Positions 10,946 through 18,670 of a stretch of 64,000 bases of DNA are shown one piece after another; the first letter of the stretch is position 1, and every line of letters starts with the position of its first letter. Origin of the DNA: Candidatus Omnitrophota bacterium (GTDB lineage Bacteria; Omnitrophota; Omnitrophia; Omnitrophales; Aquincolibacteriaceae); contig PLLJ01000042.1 of NCBI GenBank assembly GCA_003140935.1, forward strand, positions 10,144 to 74,143. Reading direction: 5' to 3'. Made by a program: the position numbers and the translations under genes. The notes below the pieces were generated by a model. The model made no database searches. It was not told the DNA's origin and saw nothing but the letters and a program-made list of their open reading frames with translations.

Positions 10946-11554
10946 ATGAAGAAGGTTAATAGCGGTATGACATTAGCGCTCGTTGCGTTGATGGTCGTCG
11001 GCTTTGGAGTTCCCGCTTTTGCGGCTGCTCCCGCGGCGAACGAGCTTGTGATCGCGGATTTTGATACCGGGGACAAGCCGAATAACATCGGTGGCGATTT
11101 CGGTGGATGGGACAAGGATCCGAACGATGAGTCCCAGGGATGCCAGATGTCTTTCGATACGGACGATAGCCAGGGGGATGCTGCCGGCTATTCGATTCGT
11201 CTCGATTACGATGTGGATTCTCCGAACCCGGCTTACAATGGTTTCTGGATGAAGCTGAACGGCGAGGATGCAACGGCTTACAACACTCTCAATTTCTACG
11301 TCAAGGGAGATGCCAAGGCCGGTTACACCAAGCGTTTCAAGATCGAGCTTAAGGACATGACGAACAAGCCTTCCGCTTATATCGTGAGCGGTGTCACGGA
11401 CCAGTGGCAAAAGATCTCGATCCCGTTCGAAAAGTTCCGTCGCATTGAAAACTGGAACTCTTTGAACGAGATTGTTTTTGTTTTCGACGATATCAACTCC
11501 AGTCCGAAGACCGGAAGCATTTTGATCGATCAGATCACGTTCTCGAAGCAATAA
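10946..11554 (+). CDS. Secreted carbohydrate-binding (CBM11/CIA30-like, galactose-binding fold) protein
   Basis: AAGGAG RBS; signal peptide ending AFA; motifs IADFD, YNTLNFYVKGD, WQKISIPFEKF, ILIDQITF. Confidence 0.7.
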   Translation: MKKVNSGMTLALVALMVVGFGVPAFAAAPAANELVIADFDTGDKPNNIGGDFGGWDKDPNDESQGCQMSFDTDDSQGDAAGYSIRLDYDVDSPNPAYNGFWMKLNGEDATAYNTLNFYVKGDAKAGYTKRFKIELKDMTNKPSAYIVSGVTDQWQKISIPFEKFRRIENWNSLNEIVFVFDDINSSPKTGSILIDQITFSKQ

Positions 11555-11582
11555 TCGAGGCGTGTTGGAAGAAGTTGTTTCG

Positions 11583-11620
11583 AAGCAGCCCCGCTTTTAA
11601 AAGCGGGGCTGCTTTTTTTT
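11583..11620 (+). terminator. Rho-independent terminator (32-bp perfect palindrome plus T-tract)
   Basis: AAGCAGCCCCGCTTTT|AAAAGCGGGGCTGCTT followed by TTTTTT. Confidence 0.9.
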
Positions 11621-11742
11621 GTCCCGCATCCCTTTGAAGGCAGGATTTCAAGGACCTTCATGCGCGCCCTGAGACACCGGTGCGCATGCCTCCAACCCCG
11701 GGAGGGCTGGATGGGGGTGAAGTTCCCCGCGATCTCCGGGGT

Positions 11743-11768
11743 TAAAAGCCCGCGATTTCGGCCGATAA
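11743..11768 (+). promoter_or_regulatory. Putative sigma-28 (FliA/WhiG-type) promoter
   Basis: TAAA-N14-GCCGATAA, about 100 nt upstream of the SRPBCC-AAR gene. Confidence 0.5.
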
Positions 11769-11865
11769 TAAACGAGAGTGTCCTGACTTAGAATAGCTCT
11801 AGCACCTTGATGCTATTGATGTTAGGGTAGGTGCAGTACCTGGAGATGATAGAGGGGTATCCCCG

Positions 11866-13434
11866 ATGCAAAAGAACGACGGCATTTATGCCGTAAGTGT
11901 GAGCCGCGTATTGCCGGCCAAGCGTTGGCAGGTCCTGCGTCTGCTCACGCGCGTTCAGGATTTCCCGCGCTTTTTGCCCAGTATCCTGGAATGTAAGGTT
12001 CTTTCCCGGGAACGGAAACGCGTGATCAGTTCCTGGCTCGTAGAAATGGAAAAGATCCCGATCTCCTGGACAGAAGAAGAGATCCTGGATCTTCGCCATT
12101 TCATGATCCGTTTCCGGGCCCTGAAGGGTGACTTGGAGAGGTTCGAAGGCTTCTGGAAACTTGAGGAACATGCCTCCGGAGGCACCGAACTTTTTGTCGA
12201 AGCCACCCTCAAACTCGGCATTCCGGTATTCGAAGTGGTGGCGGGCGGGATCATCGCGGACAAGATCCGGAACTATTTTGATTCGCTCCTCAGGGCTTTT
12301 GAAGAGGAGTTATCCAAGCGCCGCTACCACAGGGTGAAAGACCGGCCCTCGCAACAGGTGGGCGGGTTCGCGGTAATCGGCCATCCTTACAATCTTCAAC
12401 ACCTCATTGATTTTTTCGAAGCCCACAAACAAGGCCGGACGATCCAGTCACCGGAATTTCTCGCCAAGATCTTTGAAGAGGCTCCTTCATTCGAAGCGGA
12501 CGCGATCCGGGAGTTTCGCAGTGCGAACGGCAAGACCGTCAATGGGTCCTTCATCGTCTGTAATATCATTCCCGATATGCTGGATATGGACATCGAGAAA
12601 GCGGTCCGTAAGGTCGTGGACGCCTGCAAACTCGCGGAGCGCTGCGGGTTCGGCATTGTCGCGCTGGGCGGTTTCACGTCGATCGCGGGCGAACGTTATG
12701 GGGACGAATTCCTTAAAAGGGTGCACATCCCCGTGACGACCGGCAACACGCTTACGGCCGCGCTCGCCGTCGAACAGGTGAAGAAGGCGGCGGCGCTCAT
12801 GGAGCTGGATCTTTCCCAGGCGAGCGTGACGATCCTGGGCGGGGCGGGTGATATCGGAAGCGCCTGCGCGCGCGGCCTGGCCGACAGGGTCCGGGAGATC
12901 ACGGTGACGAGCCGCACGGGAAAAAGTTTCGGCTGGATCAAGAAAGAGATCGCGAAAGCGGGAAAGGCCAAGGTCCGCACGAGTCTTAATAACCGCGCTG
13001 CCGTCAAGAATGCCGACATTGTAATCGCGGCCGCAAGTGCCCATAAATCGATCGTCGATGTTTCGGATTTCAAGCCCGGCGCCATCGTCTGCGACATCGG
13101 CTATCCGAAGAACATCTCCTATTCCAAAAGTGATCGTCAGGACATCCTGGTATTCTCAGGCGGCATTTGTGAGATCCCGTGCGAGTTCCGCACCTCGTTT
13201 GACCACAGTCTCCCCACACCGAAGGTCCTTTTCGGATGTTTTTCCGAGGCGATCGTGCTTGCGCTCGAGGAGCGCTACGAGCGTTTTTCTTGGGGGAAAG
13301 GAAACATCACCAAGGAAAAAATGGCGGAGATCCTCGGGTTAGCGGCCAAACACGGGTTCCATCCCGCTCCTTTCTTTTGGGGAGAACGGCTCTTATCGGA
13401 CGATGAAGTAAAAGCGATCAGGATCGAGGCATGA
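11866..13434 (+). CDS. Fusion of SRPBCC/START (polyketide cyclase-like) domain and long-chain acyl-ACP reductase-like (AAR/COG5322) domain
   Basis: N-terminal ~150 aa SRPBCC (DFPRFLP, GDLERFEGFWKL). C-terminal FAVIGH, ALGGFTSI, TTGNT, GGAGDIGSA, DIGYPKN, FGCFSE, FSWGKGNIT, KHGF are collinear with recalled cyanobacterial AAR motifs, including the catalytic Cys. Confidence 0.8.
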   Translation: MQKNDGIYAVSVSRVLPAKRWQVLRLLTRVQDFPRFLPSILECKVLSRERKRVISSWLVEMEKIPISWTEEEILDLRHFMIRFRALKGDLERFEGFWKLEEHASGGTELFVEATLKLGIPVFEVVAGGIIADKIRNYFDSLLRAFEEELSKRRYHRVKDRPSQQVGGFAVIGHPYNLQHLIDFFEAHKQGRTIQSPEFLAKIFEEAPSFEADAIREFRSANGKTVNGSFIVCNIIPDMLDMDIEKAVRKVVDACKLAERCGFGIVALGGFTSIAGERYGDEFLKRVHIPVTTGNTLTAALAVEQVKKAAALMELDLSQASVTILGGAGDIGSACARGLADRVREITVTSRTGKSFGWIKKEIAKAGKAKVRTSLNNRAAVKNADIVIAAASAHKSIVDVSDFKPGAIVCDIGYPKNISYSKSDRQDILVFSGGICEIPCEFRTSFDHSLPTPKVLFGCFSEAIVLALEERYERFSWGKGNITKEKMAEILGLAAKHGFHPAPFFWGERLLSDDEVKAIRIEA

Positions 13435-13548
13435 GACTGGAGATCACAGACCCCAGGCTGAAGCGACCATGCGTTCCCGTGCCTTCTTTTCGCCTCATGC
13501 CGGGAAAACCTTTTGGCTGCGGTCTTCAGTCTCCGGTCTTCAGTCTCC
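13432..13548. repeat. Inverted arrays of degenerate heptamer repeats
   Basis: tgagact ggagatc acagacc ccaggct ... ggtcttc agtctcc ggtcttc agtctcc. Confidence 0.55.
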
Positions 13549-13558
13549 TCGGGTTCTT

Positions 13559-15778
13559 ATGGGAACTTTAGCGCACGCTTTTCAATTCAACTGGTACGCG
13601 CTTCCCGTGGGAGGGATCGGCATCCTGATGTTCCTCACGGGATTCTTCATCTATCTCCAGAACCGCCGTTCCCCGGTGAACTTCTCTTTTTTCCTGATCT
13701 GTCTTTGCGGGATCCTTTGGCTCGTCGGGATCGCGGCGGTCTATGCGGCCTCCGATCCCAGTCTCGCGCTTTTGATCTACCGGCGCGTGAGTTTTCTCGG
13801 CGTGGCCTTCATATCTCCGTGTATCTATTGCTTTTCCGTGTTCTGGCTTGGCCGCTACAAGAAACAACGAGTACTGGTCTGGACCTTTTTCGCGACGAGC
13901 ACCGCGTTCTATCTGACAGGACTTGTTTCCGCCTCGAGTTTTCCGGGTATCTACCGCTATTTTTGGGGTTATTACCCGCAGTACGGTCCTGTGAACCGCT
14001 GGTTCCTCTTCTTTTTTCTTGTGGCCATTTTGACCGCGTTCTATAACTTTATCACCGCCTACCGGCGCGAATCCCCGGGTCTCCGCAAGAAACAGATCTC
14101 GTTCATCACGATGGCCTTCGTGGTCTCTTTCATCGGCATCTCGGATTTTGTTCCGAAACTGGTCTATAACCCCGTTTACCCGCTCGGATCCCTGTGCGTG
14201 TTTTTCTGGATGCTGGTCGTAGCTTACGCGATCATCCGCTATAAGGCGATGGATATCGAGACCGTTATCCACAAAACCCTTATGTGGCTGGCCACAACGA
14301 CCGCTGCGATCGTTCCGTTTGCCGCGCTTATTTACTGGACCCAGCGCTTCCGGGACCCCTCTTCTGCCTGGGGTTCGACGTTCTATTACCTTGCGGTCGC
14401 CATCGCATTCTATTTTTATTTCCGGTCGATCCAGCCCCGGCTCGACCATCTCTTCCAGCGTCAGAGGAGGAACCTGCTTGCGGTCATGACCCGGTTTTCC
14501 AGGGAACTGGTGCTTTTGAAGAATCTCCGTGATCTCCTGCAGAGTTTTGCCCGGATGCTCCGTCGCCAGCTTTATGTGCGCCGCCTTTCGGTCTTTCTGC
14601 TCGACGAAAAAAACGGCGAATATATTCCGGCCATCGCGAAAGGTCTGCGCAATCTTAAACCTTTCGCCAAGGACCATCCGTTCCTGGCCTGGCTTGAGAA
14701 AAAGGACGGGGTCGTGATGGGGGACCTTGTCAGTGCCGATCCTGAAGTCGAGACATTCAAAGGCGAGACCGAGGAATTTTTCCTTGCGACACAGGGGATG
14801 GTCGCGGTACCGCTCGTGCTGGGCGGGAAGCTTATCGGGGTGGTGAGTCTCGGCCGCAAGGCGAATCTGAAACCCTACCGGCCCAACGAGGTCCGGTTCC
14901 TTGCCGAGCTCAAGATCCCGGTGACGATCGCGTTCTCAAATTCCATGCAATATGAGAATATCAGCGAGCTTTATACCCAGGTCCGCGGGATGAGCGAGGA
15001 ACTCAAACGCTGGAATGTGGAACTGGAGCGTCGCGTGGGAGACCGGACACGGGAGCTCGTCAGGACCCAGGAGCAGTTGACCCAGGCCGAAAAGCTCGCG
15101 ACGCTGGGAACGCTCGCCGGCGGCGTAGCACATGAGATCAATAATCCGCTGACCGCGGTGCTGACGAACGCGCAGATCCTTAAGATGACCGCGGGCGAGG
15201 ACGTCAAGGAGTCGCTTGATCTCATCGAGGAAGGTGCGAAACGCTGCCAGGGGATCGTGCAGAAACTTATGAAATACGCCCGGAAAACCGCGGAAGAGGC
15301 GCCCCATAAGGACGTCGACTTGCGCGACGTGGTGAAAGGCACCTGCGCCCTTTTGGGTTTCCAGTTCCAGCAGGAGAATATCGTGATCGAGATGAAGCTC
15401 GGGGACGTGCAGGCCGTGAAGGGGATCGCGGGGGAGCTCGATCAAGTGCTTACGAACCTTCTCGTGAACGCCCGCGACGCCATTCAGGCTGCCCGGGTGA
15501 AAGGCAAGATCACGGTTGAAACGCGGGAGACTCCTGACGCGGTCGAGCTCATTGTGACAGACAATGGGATTGGCATCCCCAAGGAGAACCAGAAAAAGAT
15601 CTTTGATCCCTTCTTCACCACCAAGGACGTCGGCTCCGGCACCGGCCTCGGCCTTGCCGTCAGCTTCGGGATCTTGAAGCGCCACAACGCCGCCATCTCA
15701 GTTACCTCCGTCCCCGGCAAAGGCGCCACTTTTACTGTCCGGTTTCCTCTCGCCGTGCCCAAAAGCCTAAACACCTAA
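13559..15778 (+). CDS. Sensor histidine kinase: N-terminal 7TM domain, GAF, HisKA, HATPase
   Basis: Multiple TM helices; GAF region (VAVPLVLGGKLIGVVSLG); H-box AHEINNPL; N/G boxes DNGIG, PFFTTK, GTGLGL. Start ATG 13559 preferred. Confidence 0.92.
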   Translation: MGTLAHAFQFNWYALPVGGIGILMFLTGFFIYLQNRRSPVNFSFFLICLCGILWLVGIAAVYAASDPSLALLIYRRVSFLGVAFISPCIYCFSVFWLGRYKKQRVLVWTFFATSTAFYLTGLVSASSFPGIYRYFWGYYPQYGPVNRWFLFFFLVAILTAFYNFITAYRRESPGLRKKQISFITMAFVVSFIGISDFVPKLVYNPVYPLGSLCVFFWMLVVAYAIIRYKAMDIETVIHKTLMWLATTTAAIVPFAALIYWTQRFRDPSSAWGSTFYYLAVAIAFYFYFRSIQPRLDHLFQRQRRNLLAVMTRFSRELVLLKNLRDLLQSFARMLRRQLYVRRLSVFLLDEKNGEYIPAIAKGLRNLKPFAKDHPFLAWLEKKDGVVMGDLVSADPEVETFKGETEEFFLATQGMVAVPLVLGGKLIGVVSLGRKANLKPYRPNEVRFLAELKIPVTIAFSNSMQYENISELYTQVRGMSEELKRWNVELERRVGDRTRELVRTQEQLTQAEKLATLGTLAGGVAHEINNPLTAVLTNAQILKMTAGEDVKESLDLIEEGAKRCQGIVQKLMKYARKTAEEAPHKDVDLRDVVKGTCALLGFQFQQENIVIEMKLGDVQAVKGIAGELDQVLTNLLVNARDAIQAARVKGKITVETRETPDAVELIVTDNGIGIPKENQKKIFDPFFTTKDVGSGTGLGLAVSFGILKRHNAAISVTSVPGKGATFTVRFPLAVPKSLNT

Positions 15779-15780
15779 AA

Positions 15781-17202
15781 ATGGATCCCTACAGTTTTTC
15801 AGCGCTTTGTTTTGTTTTTTGTTCGTTTTTTGTAGGCATTCTTGTATGGTTGAAACGCTTGGATCAAGTGGGAATGCTTTTCTTTTGGCATTCGATTTGT
15901 ATCTCCCTTTGGGGTGTTGGTTTCGCAATGGTGATTTCACCGGCAACTTCTTACGAAACAGCCCTATGGGCGGCTCGATCAGCTAATGGTGTAGTAGCAT
16001 TTATCCCCATAGCGTGGTTTCATTTTTCACTTACTTTGACAAATAAGTTGGAGCGTCGCAGAAGGGTTCTTTGGGTGCTTTATGGAGTTGCAATTATAAT
16101 TCTTTGTCTTTCATCAACCCCTTGGTTTATTCCTAATCTTTTTCCCATTTTAAATTTTAAGCACTATACACATGCAGGGCCTCTTTACACCCTTTTAACG
16201 TTAGTTTATTTTTTAACGGTACCTCTTGGCTTCTATGAATTGATTCAAAAAACTCGCGTAACTTCAGGAGAAGAAAAAAAACAGCTTCTCGGATTGCTCG
16301 TGGTTTCATTCCTGGGTTATTTGGGCGGTAGTTTAAGTTTTATACCAGTTTATGGCATTCCTTTCCCCCAGTATGGCTTATTTTTACTTCCCATCTTTCC
16401 TTTTGGGCTTGCTTTTGTCATGACTCGAACCAATCTTTTTGAAGTCGAACAATTGGCCCAAGCGGCGCACAGGGACAAACTCACAGCGATAGGCGTGCTT
16501 GCGGCGAGCATCAACCACGAGGTCAAGAATCCTCTTTTCATCATCAAAGGCCTTGCAGAAAATTGTTTGGAACGGCAGAAAGAAGGGATATTCCCGAGTA
16601 AGGAAAAAGCGCTTGAGAGCGCCAATGATGCCATGAAACGAAGCATGGAACAGGCCGATAGGGCCATGGATATCATCAAACGGCTTTCGCTTTTTGCCAA
16701 GGCTGGGATCGACAGCGAGATTAAATTCGAACCGGTCAAGGTCGCGCAGGTGATCGAGGATATTCTCCCGCTTGTTCGCTACGAGCTTGCGGCGTATGGT
16801 ATTGCACTCACGCGTGATTTACCGCCCGATCTTCCGGAGGTTCGTGCCGACCGGCGTTATCTTGAGGAGATCCTCTTTAACCTAATCGTGAATGCCTGCC
16901 AGGCGGTCAAAGAAACCGGTAAGCCGGGCGAGATCGTTATTCGCGCGGTATCTGAAGACGAAAAAGTTCGTGTAACCATTCAGGACAACGGCCCCGGAAT
17001 TCCCGCCGGCAAGCTCAAAGACGTCTTCCGCCCTTTTTACACGACGAAAGCCGAGGGCACCGGTCTCGGCCTTTACATTACCCAACAGCTCATTGAAAAG
17101 ATCCATGGCAGGATCGATGTCCGATCTGAAGTAGGGGTTAATACCGTTTTCTCCATTATTCTGGGGGCGAAGAATACCAGTTTGGAGAAAAATTTGAAGT
17201 AA
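15781..17202 (+). CDS. Sensor histidine kinase: 7TM domain directly fused to HisKA/HATPase
   Basis: Hydrophobic N-terminal ~215 aa; motifs NHEVKNPL, DNGPGI, PFYTTK, GTGLGL. Confidence 0.92.
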   Translation: MDPYSFSALCFVFCSFFVGILVWLKRLDQVGMLFFWHSICISLWGVGFAMVISPATSYETALWAARSANGVVAFIPIAWFHFSLTLTNKLERRRRVLWVLYGVAIIILCLSSTPWFIPNLFPILNFKHYTHAGPLYTLLTLVYFLTVPLGFYELIQKTRVTSGEEKKQLLGLLVVSFLGYLGGSLSFIPVYGIPFPQYGLFLLPIFPFGLAFVMTRTNLFEVEQLAQAAHRDKLTAIGVLAASINHEVKNPLFIIKGLAENCLERQKEGIFPSKEKALESANDAMKRSMEQADRAMDIIKRLSLFAKAGIDSEIKFEPVKVAQVIEDILPLVRYELAAYGIALTRDLPPDLPEVRADRRYLEEILFNLIVNACQAVKETGKPGEIVIRAVSEDEKVRVTIQDNGPGIPAGKLKDVFRPFYTTKAEGTGLGLYITQQLIEKIHGRIDVRSEVGVNTVFSIILGAKNTSLEKNLK

Positions 17203-17212
17203 TTCATTCCAT

Positions 17213-17239
17213 TACAGATGCACAAATATATACCGATAC
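17213..17239 (+). promoter_or_regulatory. Putative sigma-28-like promoter
   Basis: TACA-N15-ACCGATAC upstream of the receiver/methyltransferase genes. Confidence 0.35.
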
Positions 17240-17271
17240 ACTAAAGAGTAAAATTCAAACAAAGGTGGATT

Positions 17272-17640
17272 ATGCAAAAAAAGATACTTGTGGTAGATGA
17301 TGAGGAAATTTTAACTGCTACTTTTGTAAAGCTCCTTGAAACAGCGAGATACGATGTGTTGGTCGCATCTCGCGGTGAAGACGCCGTTGTTATGGCTGAG
17401 GAGGACGATTTTGATTTGATAATTTGTGATATCCGTATGCCTGGACAAGATGGAGTGAAAACCATCCAGCAGATTAGAAATCTTTGTGGGAAAAAAGAGA
17501 TTCCTGTGATTTTTATAACGGGCTATGCCGATGAAGTCTTGGAAAAAGAGGCTAATCGGCTTGGTCCCGTAGCGTATATTTACAAACCATTTGATGCTTT
17601 TAAGCTTTTAGATCTTATTAAGAGGGCAATTTCTAAATGA
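17272..17640 (+). CDS. Single-domain response regulator (receiver)
   Basis: ILVVDDE, CDIRMPGQDG, ITGY, KPF. Confidence 0.95.
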   Translation: MQKKILVVDDEEILTATFVKLLETARYDVLVASRGEDAVVMAEEDDFDLIICDIRMPGQDGVKTIQQIRNLCGKKEIPVIFITGYADEVLEKEANRLGPVAYIYKPFDAFKLLDLIKRAISK

Positions 17641-18659
17641 AAACGCTAGAACCGCCCAAAGTGTTTAACGCTTCTTTAAAGACACAGATACGTAAGTATC
17701 AAAAATATGCTAATGAAATTCGAGAAGAGCTTCAAAAAGCTCCTTTTGAGTGGGGACGGTATCAAAGCGTTTTTAACCAGGAAGTTAATATGGTCTTTTA
17801 TCGAATTATGGAATTTGAAAGGGATCAAATGAAGAGGGGGAGAGAAACAAGTGTTTATAAAATGAAGAAGCTTTTTTTGAATCATTTGCGCAAGGATTTT
17901 TTGTATGGCGATTATATCCGATGGAGTCTTGAAAAGCCCTACGGGTATGCGGGTGATTTCAAAATAATAGATGATATTTATAGGAATGCGCCACGGACAG
18001 AGGGTTTCGACCGTTTATATGACAATTATTTTCAAATGTCTTCCATTTCAGTCGCGGTCCGAAATCGTAAAGAAGATTTTAAAAAGCAAGTTCTGGAAAA
18101 TATCAATAATAAAAAAAATCAAAATATAAAAATTATGGATTTGGCATGTGGTCCGTGCGAGGAAGTCGTGGACATTTTTACATTTCCGTCTCAAATCGAT
18201 TTATCACGTGTCGAGTACCACTGTTACGATAACGACGAGCATGCAATCGAGTTTTCGAAAAAACGACTAGAAGGAATTTCGCAGGTCAAGTTCTTTAAAG
18301 AGAATGCTGTCCGACTTGCTCTCAAAAAAGATGTCGGCGCGTTTATTCCCCATCAATATGATGTGATTTATTCCACAGGTCTTTTTGATTATTTTGATTA
18401 CCGTATTTGCGTTCGCCTCGTCCAAAACTTAAAAAAACTGCTAAAGCCTGGTGGTTTTCTTGCAATTTCAGACGTGCGGGATAAATTTAGTAACCCCTCG
18501 GTTCATTTTATGGAATGGGTGGGGGATTGGAACTTAGTTTATCGCGATGATGAAAATTTTCGCCAAGTTTTTTTTGAGGCTGGGTTCAAAAAAGAAAATT
18601 TAAAAATCGGCTATGAACAGCAAGGGATTTTGCAATACATTTACGCTCGTAATCACTGA
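17637..18659 (+). CDS. Class I SAM-dependent methyltransferase, PhcB-like
   Basis: SAM motif I (IMDLACGP); YDVIYSTGLFDY; LKPGG; EKPYGYAGDF...AVRNR motif recalled from PhcB-annotated methyltransferases; ATGA overlap with the receiver gene. Confidence 0.75.
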   Translation: MKTLEPPKVFNASLKTQIRKYQKYANEIREELQKAPFEWGRYQSVFNQEVNMVFYRIMEFERDQMKRGRETSVYKMKKLFLNHLRKDFLYGDYIRWSLEKPYGYAGDFKIIDDIYRNAPRTEGFDRLYDNYFQMSSISVAVRNRKEDFKKQVLENINNKKNQNIKIMDLACGPCEEVVDIFTFPSQIDLSRVEYHCYDNDEHAIEFSKKRLEGISQVKFFKENAVRLALKKDVGAFIPHQYDVIYSTGLFDYFDYRICVRLVQNLKKLLKPGGFLAISDVRDKFSNPSVHFMEWVGDWNLVYRDDENFRQVFFEAGFKKENLKIGYEQQGILQYIYARNH

Positions 18660-18670
18660 GGAGATTTTCT

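Noticed and set aside
11807-11824. Direct repeat TTGATGCTA/TTGATGTTA as a response-regulator box
   Set aside because: Single short instance, and the nearby regulators have no DNA-binding domain; too weak to call.
11866-13434. Cyanobacterial-type alkane biosynthesis
   Set aside because: No ferritin-like aldehyde-deformylating oxygenase gene is in the window; only the reductase-like domain is supported.
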